Positions 19,367-29,039 are shown, counted from the stretch's first letter. The stretch is DNA of 64,000 nt from an uncultured Saprospiraceae bacterium (GCA_938001865.1 CALLAW010000022.1:4839-68838); one strand, 5' to 3'. Numbers and translations are program-made. Notes: generated from the letters alone by a model not told the origin.

Positions 19367-21268
19367 CTATCTTGCAATCACTATTTTCTCTCTTACGTTA
19401 TGAGTTGAGTTTAGATCATGGAGTTCTAGTAGATAGGTACCAGGTGGTAGGGAACTTAGATTAATTTGGCTTTCGTTGTACGCTGTTAGTATCAATTGTC
19501 CTTGTAAGTCATAGAGACTCACCTTATAGCTTAGTTGACCAACTACATCAATGTATATGATATCTATTACTGGATTAGGATGGATGTTTACCGTAGTATT
19601 TGCTATGTCATAGGTAGATGAAAGTAAGTCCATTCCATCACAATCTTCATCAATTCCATTATTTGGTATCTCCACAGCATTAGGATTTATTGCTGAGTTA
19701 TCGTCATTGCAATCTTCGGCAATTGAGAACCCATCTTGATCTAAATCATCATCAAGAGTTAATGCATCACAATCATCGTCAATTCCATTGTATGGTTCTT
19801 CAATTTGGGCAGGATTAATATTAGGGTTATTGTCGTCACAGTCCTCATCAGCAAAGAAGCCATCACCATCTAAATCAATTAAAGCCGACTTGTACAGATA
19901 GAGCTCTCTTCCGAGACTATCTGTTTTTCCAATAAAGAATAAATTTTGACCAGCTGATACAATTTGTGAAATTTCATTCCCAGATTCTTCACCGATAGAA
20001 CTCACTTTTTTTGTACCCTCTGCAGTACCATCAGATTTATATAGATCATTGTTAAACGGCCAACTTACTTTTCTGCCTACCATAAAGAGGCTATCATTAT
20101 GACTGGTAAGCCAGTATCCATTGGATATATTGTTATTTGGAATTTCGGTAGGTTGTAGTATTACTTCTGTCCCTTCGATAGTTCCGTCTGTTTGTAATGT
20201 AGAGATACTTGGGGCATCAAATGGTTGAGAGCCGTAGTATCCACTAAAAAACAACTTATCATTCAGAGTCGTGAAATATCTTGGGTTCATTTCGATCCCT
20301 GATGGCACCTCGATTCGAAAAGTCCCATCTATAGTCCCATCCGAACTCCATAAGTGCCGATCATTGTCTGCATCTATTCCTTCGAATAAAACCTTATTAC
20401 CAATGACACCAATAGTTCTCGAAGCCAGAGATCTATAATATCGTTCATTTTCTGTATTCAAGACTTGAGTACCATCACTTGTGCCATCGGTGACATACAG
20501 AGCACCGTCATGTGTGCCATCACCAAACCAAAAGAATAGGTTAGTATCTGCAATAGTCATATTGACTGAAGTTCTTGAGGCCATATCAACATTTGCGGAA
20601 TAGAACTCGTGTATCAGATCAATATTCGCCTCTCCATCATACGAAGCCAAAAATGATCCTGTCATATTTTCAGGCCAAAGAATCATATAAATTAGGTCGT
20701 TATAGACGATCATATCTTTTAATCCATCTCGCATAAACCATCTCGTCTCTATAATCTCTTCAATATCATCACTCGTAGGATTGATGCTTGTAGGATCAAT
20801 ACTGCATAGAAACTCAGTAAAGTTAGACCTCTTTTTAAAGTAAATTTTATCCTTAAATTCGAGGTATAATTCTATGAATCCAGACTCCTCTAATAAGGTG
20901 TCAACAACACCAGTCTCTGAAATTCTAATAATTCTAGAAGAATCTAACGTATTGTATTCTGCTAGATAGAGATGTCCGTCAAACCTTAATCTCCCTGCAA
21001 CTATTTCAGAGTTAGATAGATTGTGGATATTTTTGGTTTCTTCTGATGTTCCATTAGAATATAGAATATGATCGTCATTTGCTATTACTATTGCATTGCC
21101 TATAGTGCCTAGCACTCTTGCATTATCTACAATACCGTCTTGTGATCCAAGATTTAGATCTAGGACTAATTCTGCATTTTGACCATATATAAGTGTGGTT
21201 GCAAGTAATAATAAATGGACAATTATTAATATCATATTTTTTTTGCATTTTATTTTTTTAAAATTCAA
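19367..21268 (-). CDS. Secreted ELWxxDGT-repeat protein with MopE-like metal-binding motifs and a T9SS C-terminal sorting domain
   Basis: 633 aa with a signal peptide. Repeats are 'LYVTDGTSDGTQV', 'LWSSDGTIDGT', 'LQTDGTIEGTEV' and 'LYKSDGTAEGTKKV'. Two 'DCDDxNxxINPxAxExxxNGIDxDCD' units lie at nt ~19633-19873. The C-terminus reads 'IHPNPV..LYDLQGQLI..PGTYLLEL'. Confidence 0.75.
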   Translation of the reverse strand: MNFKKIKCKKNMILIIVHLLLLATTLIYGQNAELVLDLNLGSQDGIVDNARVLGTIGNAIVIANDDHILYSNGTSEETKNIHNLSNSEIVAGRLRFDGHLYLAEYNTLDSSRIIRISETGVVDTLLEESGFIELYLEFKDKIYFKKRSNFTEFLCSIDPTSINPTSDDIEEIIETRWFMRDGLKDMIVYNDLIYMILWPENMTGSFLASYDGEANIDLIHEFYSANVDMASRTSVNMTIADTNLFFWFGDGTHDGALYVTDGTSDGTQVLNTENERYYRSLASRTIGVIGNKVLFEGIDADNDRHLWSSDGTIDGTFRIEVPSGIEMNPRYFTTLNDKLFFSGYYGSQPFDAPSISTLQTDGTIEGTEVILQPTEIPNNNISNGYWLTSHNDSLFMVGRKVSWPFNNDLYKSDGTAEGTKKVSSIGEESGNEISQIVSAGQNLFFIGKTDSLGRELYLYKSALIDLDGDGFFADEDCDDNNPNINPAQIEEPYNGIDDDCDALTLDDDLDQDGFSIAEDCNDDNSAINPNAVEIPNNGIDEDCDGMDLLSSTYDIANTTVNIHPNPVIDIIYIDVVGQLSYKVSLYDLQGQLILTAYNESQINLSSLPPGTYLLELHDLNSTHNVREKIVIAR

Positions 21269-21931
21269 TTATGATTCTGTCTGTAATGTGGGTTAGTTCT
21301 AATGCCAAATAAACCTTCAAGTAATTTGAAAACCGTCTTTACAGATTTCTTGAGTGAACTCTAAATAGTCATCTACCAATTTTTTGAGAGCCTATTTAGG
21401 TTCACTAATTAGGTAAGTACGCTTATCAATCCGTTATCCTGCATATACGAATAGAAGAATAAAATTGAACACTTGATGTAGAGGACGCCAATCAAAAAAC
21501 AATACATCCAGTAAAGGAGTTCTAAAAAAAACAATATTCAAAGAGAACAGTAGGAAAAGAGATTAAATTCAAATGTAATGATTGTTGAATAAACAACAAG
21601 GTACACAGAAATCAAATGTTTGCTACATCATCAAAACTAACTGCACTAATAAGTAGTTAAATTGGTCTCATAATAATTGTTGACTCAGTAGTTATTTAAT
21701 ATAACATTAGATTGTCAAAAATTTGTGAATGGGAATCGGCTGTCTAATTATCTCTTCAAGTATCGCTTCAATTATCTATTCAAATCAAGTGAATTTTTAA
21801 AACGCAGATTTGCAGCTTTTGTATTTTAGTTCTTGATTGTAATGATAAATTATTGTCGTAACATTTTGATTTACCGCAGATTGTTAGTAGTTTGACTGAA
21901 AGCTAAAAGCCATTACATAAAAAATACAATT

Positions 21932-24241
21932 ATGAATATTATTTCTACAATTAGTATTACACTAAGTTTTTTTATTTTTTTTCCCAACTCATTAAAATCC
22001 CAAATTACTATAGATGAGCTATCTGGATCTTCAGATCTGATTGTGGAAGCCAAGATTGTAAATCAATCTGTTTTTCTTCATGGAGACGGAAATATATATA
22101 CAATGCATGATTTGGTTGTGTACAAAAATTTTACTGAAGATATTGAGTTAGATACGGTACAAATTATTTCGGCAGGAGGGGAACTGGATAATGGTAATCA
22201 AAGCTTCTCTCACTCTCTAAGACTAATATATAATGAGACTGCTATTTACTTCCTTCAACATTCAAAAGTTTTTGATAAAACTTATGTACCAGTATTTGGA
22301 AATAATGGAATAATTCGTATACATGAAGTGAGAAAGAATAAGTTCATTGGGCAACATGGCACAAATGTATTATCCAACTTGAAAAGAGACTTGTATGACC
22401 CTATTTATGAAACTACCAAGGCAATTAATATTATTCGACTTAATGAATATGAGATTTTTGTTAAATCTAAGAACCCTACTGATGAGGATTGTGTTGAATA
22501 TTCCATAAATGATGTCTCAATAAGCCAAGACATGGGTGACGGTAATAGCAATTTGCATTTTAGTGTAAATATTAGATCAAATAACCCGTTTAAATTGAAT
22601 AGTGCCACTATCGACATTAACTACTCAAGTAACATTGGGGAAAATATTGTATCTCAAAGTCTTGTGAATTTAGTTAATGGACCGTCATTTAATAACTATA
22701 ATTATCATTTAGTTGATAAAGAACCAAATGTTATTTCTCTAAATTGCATACTTAAGCCACAAGCAGAAGCTTTAGAAATAAATACCTATAAAGATAATTT
22801 GTTTTCATGTTCAGTTAGCATTAAGGATCTAAACATTCAAGATATCTTATCTTTTGATGTGAATCAAAATGACATTGAAACAACTCGTATTGAAAATGAT
22901 ATCATAGGTGAAATAAAATGTAATTCATTTGAAGGTATTGATGACTCATTAGTAGGCTCTCTTTTAACGCCAGAAATCACAAGCTACTCTGAAAATGTTT
23001 ATGCAGGGACTAAAACATTATTTTCTATTGAAGGCGTAAATTTGTTAGGTGATCAAGAAACTCAGTTTGCTGAAGTTTGGTTTACCAATTGTTTTAATGG
23101 GCCTTTTGGAATGGTTAAACCATATTTCTCAGATTATAAAACACTTACTAATGAACTAATTGAGGTTTATGTTCCATCTTATGCATTAGATGCATTCAGT
23201 GGAAGCAATTTTAACACTGAGAATGCAGGTTCTGGTATTTTTAAAATTGTGTACAGAGACTTCAATACTGGAGATATTATTGATGAAACCGAGGAGAATT
23301 TTGTTGAAATTCTATATGGTATAAATAACAGGTTTTATGAATTAAATGAAGAAAATGTAACATTAACTCAACCTATACTATTGCAAAACGCTAATAATGG
23401 AGGGTACATTATTAGCTACACTCCAGAATTTGATACAATAAAAGATTTGAATGGTTTTTATTTTAAAGATGCCTTTAGACGTGCCGTAGATAGATGGTGT
23501 GAAGTAACGAATCTAAATCTTACCATTGACGAGAATGCTTATCCAAATGGAATTTATGACATTGTTGTTGATTATGGTAGCATAAATGGTGTGTTTGCTT
23601 CTGCAACAACGGGCTCTTTTTCGATTACCGATGTTAATTGTCCTATAAGTTTAAATAATGGAAGTTCCAATCACCCAGAAGATACTGAAGTTGATGTTAT
23701 TGCAAAATCAATAATTACATTTAATAAAGATAAACCTATTGGAACATGGACTGCAGAAAGTTTACAAATGCCTCCCTTGACTTCTGTAGAGGCTACTTCA
23801 CTTCATGAAATCGGTCATGCCCATGGCTTGACTCATATTAATATAGAAGATGAACTTATGTACTATGACAACAAATCAATTACAATCAATAATAACACAA
23901 TAAATGCAAGTAAGTTTGTTCAAGACCATAGTAGTATGCTTTCTTGCAGTTCAATCTCTGCGTATCAACATGCTGAATGTACTACTAGTGTACAAAATTT
24001 TGATGATAATATTAGTGTTTCGGCATCATATTACAATGAAAGTATTGAGATTTTTACTAAAGATGATTTCGACACTTTTGAAATTGATATTTACAATATT
24101 AATGGAAAATTTATTCACAAAGAACTACTTGATGCAAACACCTTAAAATTTACATTTTCCAACAAACCTCCCGGATTATATTTTTTAATAATTAAAACGC
24201 CACAAGGATACTTCTCAAGCAAAATATTAGTAAATGATTAA
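21932..24241 (+). CDS. Secreted metzincin-type zinc metalloprotease with a T9SS C-terminal sorting domain
   Basis: 769 aa with a signal peptide. The zinc site 'HEIGHAHGLTH' (HExxHxxGxxH) is at nt 23804-23836. The C-terminus reads 'IDIYNINGKFIH...PPGLYFLIIKT'. The gene is very AT-rich. Confidence 0.75.
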   Translation: MNIISTISITLSFFIFFPNSLKSQITIDELSGSSDLIVEAKIVNQSVFLHGDGNIYTMHDLVVYKNFTEDIELDTVQIISAGGELDNGNQSFSHSLRLIYNETAIYFLQHSKVFDKTYVPVFGNNGIIRIHEVRKNKFIGQHGTNVLSNLKRDLYDPIYETTKAINIIRLNEYEIFVKSKNPTDEDCVEYSINDVSISQDMGDGNSNLHFSVNIRSNNPFKLNSATIDINYSSNIGENIVSQSLVNLVNGPSFNNYNYHLVDKEPNVISLNCILKPQAEALEINTYKDNLFSCSVSIKDLNIQDILSFDVNQNDIETTRIENDIIGEIKCNSFEGIDDSLVGSLLTPEITSYSENVYAGTKTLFSIEGVNLLGDQETQFAEVWFTNCFNGPFGMVKPYFSDYKTLTNELIEVYVPSYALDAFSGSNFNTENAGSGIFKIVYRDFNTGDIIDETEENFVEILYGINNRFYELNEENVTLTQPILLQNANNGGYIISYTPEFDTIKDLNGFYFKDAFRRAVDRWCEVTNLNLTIDENAYPNGIYDIVVDYGSINGVFASATTGSFSITDVNCPISLNNGSSNHPEDTEVDVIAKSIITFNKDKPIGTWTAESLQMPPLTSVEATSLHEIGHAHGLTHINIEDELMYYDNKSITINNNTINASKFVQDHSSMLSCSSISAYQHAECTTSVQNFDDNISVSASYYNESIEIFTKDDFDTFEIDIYNINGKFIHKELLDANTLKFTFSNKPPGLYFLIIKTPQGYFSSKILVND

Positions 24242-24815
24242 GGCAATTCAAATTTCTGTTATCTTGTTAATATGCTGCACTGGTTGCAATCCAAAGGCAA
24301 ATAAATTAACTGGCGAAAACATAATTTACGAATATGATAAATCCAATTTTATGTCTGGAGGGTGTTATTATATTGAAAATTCAGAAGATTGCGTAAAATC
24401 ACAATTTATCATTGAAATACAACCTTATAAATTAGATACTATTGAATCAGTTATTAGTGAAGCTGAGTTAGGAAAGTATACTTTAGATTCAGTGAATTTC
24501 TCTATACCCGTAAGGCCCTATGTTGCTTATTTTGTTAAGTCAAATGAGCCAAAGGCAGTTGAATTGTCGAAAAGTGTTTCACCTGATGTTATAATTTGTA
24601 GCAAAGAAATACCTGCTGTAAAAAAAACATTCACTCGCAATGAACTAATTTCATCGAATTACAAAATTAAGAGGTTAGTACTTGTTGAAGAAAGTAAAAT
24701 ACTTAAAACGATGGTTTCAAATACTCCTATTGATTTGAAAGAAAATCAATTTTATTTTCCTATTTCCAATTGGTGCGATTTTAAACGAATTGTTTGGGGA
24801 GGGAGTCATCTTTAA
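24234..24815 (+). CDS. Hypothetical lipoprotein
   Basis: 193 aa with a lipoprotein-like signal 'VILLICCTGC'. The start overlaps the protease gene by 8 nt. No recognisable domain. Confidence 0.5.
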   Translation: MIKAIQISVILLICCTGCNPKANKLTGENIIYEYDKSNFMSGGCYYIENSEDCVKSQFIIEIQPYKLDTIESVISEAELGKYTLDSVNFSIPVRPYVAYFVKSNEPKAVELSKSVSPDVIICSKEIPAVKKTFTRNELISSNYKIKRLVLVEESKILKTMVSNTPIDLKENQFYFPISNWCDFKRIVWGGSHL

Positions 24816-24817
24816 AT

Positions 24818-24850
24818 TAAAGCACTATTTAAGGGTGCTTTATTTGGCTT
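24818..24850 (+). terminator. Putative rho-independent terminator after the lipoprotein gene
   Basis: Perfect 8-bp stem TAAAGCAC (24818-24825) / GTGCTTTA (24836-24843) with a 10-nt loop, followed by the T-rich TTTGGCTTT. Confidence 0.5.
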
Positions 24851-24951
24851 TATCAAAGGAATTAGTGTTAAGTATAAAATATAAGGCCATTTATTGATGG
24901 TGAATAAAGGGAAAGAAGAAATGAGTAAATTGATAAACAAATGAAAATCGA

Positions 24952-25730
24952 GTAGGTAAAGGGGAATCTCACCCCTAAACCTCTCACAGAACCGTACTTG
25001 ACAGTCTCCCGTCATACGGCTCTTCATACTCATGAAACCAGCTAAGGTTTCGCACCCTACTCCGTTCTTCCCATTAAATAAATAATGGTTGACAGAAAAT
25101 GCCGAGTATGTCAACCCCTTCGCTCATCCAAACTTTCGAGTGGATTAATTTAGTACTTTCGCTACTACGAGTTGATCTGCCACTACTCCACTGCTTCGGT
25201 ATTTTGCTTTCTTTAATATGGCATTTCCCTTATCATCAGCAGGTAGCTTCCCCTGTTCCTTTAATGAGCCCATCTATGATTCATGCTGCCTTAATACCGT
25301 TGGTCAATCTACTCGCCTGCTAGGGTTTACGGTAGATCTATTCGCCATTAGCGAACATGCTTTTCTCGGACACGCCAATCCTCAATTATCAACCAAATCT
25401 ATCCACAAGTCAATATATGAATTCAAGCAATTTATCGTCTTGAATTCTCCATGCGGGTTACTTTCGATACTTCATCGGACAGTTCACTTTCATTCATCTC
25501 TCATAAAAACACCTTGCTGAGATCACTTTCATGTCCAGCTTTTCCAATTCGCTCAGTACCAACTCGTGAAGAGTAAGCACCAATTGGTAGGTTTCTAAGA
25601 TTGTAGCAAACCTAAGGATGGTTCATTTCAATTCTTCAATCGAAATCCCATCATCTCATTAAAAGTTTTGTTACTCAATAATTCAAAGAACATTCATTAA
25701 ATTAGTACCCTTGAGTAACGCAGGGCACAC
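24952..25730 (-). mobile_element. ORF-less group II intron (about 780 nt, no reverse transcriptase/maturase ORF)
   Basis: On the minus strand the 5' end GTGTGCCCTGCG fits GUGYG (starts at 25730). A canonical 34-nt domain V lies at 24989-25022. It is followed by a domain-VI-like hairpin GGTTTAGGGG-tgagat-TCCCCTTTACC with an unpaired A, ending ..CTAC near 24952. The interior has 'ACTCGTAGTAGCGAAAGTAC', similar to the domain II/III junction region of Ll.LtrB as I remember it. No long ORF and no YADD-type RT motif occur in any frame. The boundaries are approximate. Confidence 0.7.
24989..25022 (-). ncRNA. Group II intron domain V (catalytic hairpin)
   Basis: Minus strand reads GAGCCGTAT-GACGG-GAGA-CTGTC-AA-GTACGGTTC. 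This gives the AGC triad, a 9-bp lower stem including G-U pairs, a 2-nt AA bulge, a 5-bp upper stem and a GNRA tetraloop (GAGA). The domain V consensus is GAGCCGUAU....GAAA....ACGUACGGUUC. Confidence 0.85.
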
Positions 25731-25828
25731 TACGCAGGATAACACGGTATGATCAGGGAATGGCTCGTACCTCACCACTCCCGATATACCCACTCCTATA
25801 GTTACGCCTATTTCGCTGCGGTAGTTTG

Positions 25829-26911
25829 CTACAGTTTGACCCAGGTCTTCACTTTGCTTGTAGTCTGATGCAGTCTGTGACTCAGTTGGACTTGGTATGT
25901 AGCTGCGGGTAGGAGTGTATTGATCTTGACGACATGATACGTATCCATCGGTGAGAGGGGGAGTGTCAATATCATGGTTCCATTGTTATCATAGAGAGTG
26001 ACATGAGTCCAAGAGTGATCTGATGCTAATCTGAGTGTATGAGTGCTACTAGGATTTGGCGAGAGTGTCCAATCAGGGAGTATACTCTCATCCTCAACTG
26101 AAACGGTTACACATGGATTGATCACAGTCTCTTGACAGTAGAGTCTCTCAGCCAGCGAGCAGTCGATGACGAATGGATTGGGAATGTCACCTTGGTATCC
26201 TGCGATCTGATAAGTCTTAACGAGCTCATCTTGCTCGGCTGGATCTTGAGCAGACCATTGGCAGAGGGTGTTGCGCTGCATCTCGAAGAACTCTGGAGCG
26301 GTACTGTTGGCTAGGTCTTGATAGATTGTATAAAAGTAGAAGATGGCTCTCGCGACATCACCTTTAAACTCTTCTCTGGGCTCGAATCCATCATCGGTAT
26401 CTTCTGCCCAATCATCAATACTCGTCGATGGTGGATTAGACTGAGTCTGATTAGAATAGAACCATCGTTGTGCTTGATTATCAGGGATATCTCTGTAGAT
26501 GTCATTGCCTCTCGCTGAGTTGACAGCCACTCGAGTGGGGAAGAGATGATGCATATCTGAGTGACCAGGAGTACCCTCTAGAGCACCCATGCTCCTTGGG
26601 TAGCTATGCTCTGTATTGATATCTTCATTGCCACCATTGCTGGTAAATACTGCTTGGGTAGGATCGAGATCTGGATCAAGGTATCGCTTCCAGCCAGAGT
26701 AGACACACTCAAGTGTATCGTTTTTGGCCCAGATATTTGCGAATAGCGTATCCCTTGCCATCGAATAACTCATGACCGAATCAGTCGTGTAGTTGCTCTG
26801 GATCGCATCCATCAAGTCTTGACCGTCTAAGTTGCCGAATAGGGTCTCAAACTCTTGGGCAGAGACCGTCGTAGTGAGACATGTAAGGAGGATGAGTATC
26901 AGGTGATTCAT
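25829..26911 (-). CDS. Secreted Endonuclease I family nuclease with a T9SS C-terminal sorting domain
   Basis: 360 aa with a signal peptide. Motifs are 'NTEHSYPRS', 'DMHHLFP' and 'NSARGN'. The C-terminal ~80 aa read 'WTLSPNPSS..VTLYDNNGTMI..ATYQVQL'. Confidence 0.8.
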   Translation of the reverse strand: MNHLILILLTCLTTTVSAQEFETLFGNLDGQDLMDAIQSNYTTDSVMSYSMARDTLFANIWAKNDTLECVYSGWKRYLDPDLDPTQAVFTSNGGNEDINTEHSYPRSMGALEGTPGHSDMHHLFPTRVAVNSARGNDIYRDIPDNQAQRWFYSNQTQSNPPSTSIDDWAEDTDDGFEPREEFKGDVARAIFYFYTIYQDLANSTAPEFFEMQRNTLCQWSAQDPAEQDELVKTYQIAGYQGDIPNPFVIDCSLAERLYCQETVINPCVTVSVEDESILPDWTLSPNPSSTHTLRLASDHSWTHVTLYDNNGTMILTLPLSPMDTYHVVKINTLLPAATYQVQLSHRLHQTTSKVKTWVKL

Positions 26912-27010
26912 ATCCCAAAGATAGGATATCTCTGAGTATAATGTGACATCAGCCCTCTATTGAGATTAGTGTGTAATCGTGGTAGGTGTACTCTAGGTAA
27001 ATGCTACTTT

Positions 27011-27352
27011 CTAGTTGAGATAGTTCTTCTTGAAGATCACCCCTTTCTTAGCATCATATCCTGGATGGATGCCTCTATTGATACAATATTGCTTGTAAGG
27101 ATACGCTTTGGTATCGATGATAAAGACCTTGCAACCAAGGGCATTGCCAAGCTCTGGGTACGCATCTTTCCATAAGTTAGCAATCTCTTGAGCAGTGATG
27201 TTATAGTTCTTCTTCCATTTTTTAGAGATAATGACCTCTAGGGTGAAGAACCCAAACTTAAATGCAGTTAACTTGGAAGAGAGTCCGTAGCCGACTTTGA
27301 AGTACATGTCAGTCTCTACGAAATGTTTTCTATTGATTTCTTCGATATTCAT
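27011..27352 (-). CDS. Hypothetical protein
   Basis: 113 aa ORF in a clean intergenic slot. No recognisable motif. Confidence 0.4.
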   Translation of the reverse strand: MNIEEINRKHFVETDMYFKVGYGLSSKLTAFKFGFFTLEVIISKKWKKNYNITAQEIANLWKDAYPELGNALGCKVFIIDTKAYPYKQYCINRGIHPGYDAKKGVIFKKNYLN

Positions 27353-27467
27353 AACACACTTATCAGTGCATAAATTATGCCACTTTCGTCTCGATAAGTG
27401 TCTGACTCGATGATGAGTCTCCTGTGTGCATGGGGATTACTCTCTCATCTGGAGTGCTGTATAGAGA

Positions 27468-29039
27468 TTACGAACTGCAAGACAACATCGAACAGCCGAC
27501 CTTGTTCCTTGCCCACTCTGGTCGCTTAGCATACCACTGCTCTGAGGTCGGTTGTTCGCTATATGGATGCTGGAGTAGTGTGTAGAGCTCGTCGATCAAT
27601 CCATAGTCACCCTTATCAGCATCATCTATAGCGAGTTGCGCCATATAGTTACGCAGCACATATTTGGGATTGACTTGATTCATCTGGGTACTTCGTGCCT
27701 CAGGAGATTGTGATTCCTGTTGGAGTCGTTGACTATAATCTACTAACCAATCATTCCATTGCTGAGAGAGAGTCATATCCAATTCACCTGGAGTGTAGAA
27801 TGCATCTTTGATTACCTCAAGTCCCTTCTCTGGTTGTGTCAGATCGAAGTGACTCAAAGACCTGAAGAAGATGGTCATGTCTGTCTCTGTAGCATGTAGG
27901 AGTACTTTGAGCTCATTGATCAGAGCCTTATCGGAGTCAAGCTTACTTGGCTGATAGGAGAGACCTAGTTTGGATTGCATCATCTGGAGTGCCTTGACTT
28001 CATACTGATCTTTGAAGGAGTTGAGTATTGCCTCAAGTGGAGCTGCTTCATTGATAAGAGGGTAGATGGCATTTGCGAGCTTAGCGAGATTCCAAAGAGC
28101 TATATTGGGTTGGTTGCCGTATCGATATCGCTTGTGCTGTCTGTCTGTAGTGTTTGGTGTCCAATCATAATCATATCCTTCGAGCCAACCATATGGGCCA
28201 TAGTCAATCGTAAGACCTAGGATAGACAGGTTATCCGTATTCATCACGCCATGGACAAATCCGATGCGTTGCCAGTGGATAACCATCTCTAGAGTACGAT
28301 CCGACACTTCCTGGAGTAAGGCGATGTAAGTCTCTCTGCTAGGTGTCCCTAAATGTGCAAAGTGCTGCTTGATTGTATAATCTACTAATGCCTTGAGAGT
28401 GGTCTGATCTTGTCTTGCAGCAAAGATCTCAAAGTTGCCAAATCGAATAAAACTCTCTGCTACTCTACAGACTACTGCTCCTTGCTCAAGTGCTGGATTG
28501 CCATCATAGAGCATGTCCCTCATCACCTTGTCTCCAGTGAGCATCAGTGACAATGCTCGAGTAGTAGGCACGCCGAGGGAGTGCATGGCTTCACTACAGA
28601 GATACTCTCTGATAGAGGATCTGAGTACCGCTTTGCCATCTGCAGTCCGGGAGTAGGGAGTAGCTCCTGCTCCTTTGAGCTGTAGCGTCCAAGTCTGTTG
28701 GTTGTGGGTGACTTGTCCGAGATTGATCGCTCTGCCATCACCTAACTGTCCTGCCCAATTGCCAAACTGATGTCCTCCGTAACACATCGCATAAGGTCGC
28801 CATCCAGTCGGCAGCTTACTCCCAGAGAAAGTCTCTAAGAATGTCTGTGAATTGATATCATCTACAGACAGTCCGATCGTCTTGGCCATCGGATCAGAGG
28901 CATGGATGAGTGATGGATTGGTCAGTGACTGAGGTGTCACATACGAGTAGCATGCACCACTGACCTGTCTTCGAGTGTTTTCGAGGATAGGGTCTGCAGG
29001 TAATTGATCAGTGAAGAGGTGTTGGATGTCTAGTTGCAT
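27468..29039 (-). CDS. selO: Protein adenylyltransferase SelO (YdiU/UPF0061 family)
   Basis: 'YAMCYGGHQFGNWAGQLGDGRAI', 'GVMNTDNLSILGLTIDYGPYGW' and a C-terminal '..CSS'. I place the start at the internal ATG at 29039 ('MQLDIQHLFTDQLPADP'). The 25 extra codons of the longest ORF (to 29114) look non-homologous. Confidence 0.9.
   Translation of the reverse strand: MQLDIQHLFTDQLPADPILENTRRQVSGACYSYVTPQSLTNPSLIHASDPMAKTIGLSVDDINSQTFLETFSGSKLPTGWRPYAMCYGGHQFGNWAGQLGDGRAINLGQVTHNQQTWTLQLKGAGATPYSRTADGKAVLRSSIREYLCSEAMHSLGVPTTRALSLMLTGDKVMRDMLYDGNPALEQGAVVCRVAESFIRFGNFEIFAARQDQTTLKALVDYTIKQHFAHLGTPSRETYIALLQEVSDRTLEMVIHWQRIGFVHGVMNTDNLSILGLTIDYGPYGWLEGYDYDWTPNTTDRQHKRYRYGNQPNIALWNLAKLANAIYPLINEAAPLEAILNSFKDQYEVKALQMMQSKLGLSYQPSKLDSDKALINELKVLLHATETDMTIFFRSLSHFDLTQPEKGLEVIKDAFYTPGELDMTLSQQWNDWLVDYSQRLQQESQSPEARSTQMNQVNPKYVLRNYMAQLAIDDADKGDYGLIDELYTLLQHPYSEQPTSEQWYAKRPEWARNKVGCSMLSCSS

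Noticed and set aside
21269-21931. Search of the 663-bp AT-rich intergenic region for a transposase remnant, small protein or structured RNA
   Set aside because: Only very short ORFs (about 20-25 codons) with no recognisable motif are present, and I could not see a convincing conserved hairpin. It is kept only as part of the AT-rich segment finding.
24812-25520. Three ~74-100-aa ORFs in the ORF track (24812-25114 minus, 25099-25323 plus, 25218-25520 plus)
   Set aside because: They lie entirely within the structured group II intron RNA. The minus-strand one is the literal translation of domains V and VI ('RMTGDCQVRFCERF'). None has a coding-like composition or a recognisable motif.
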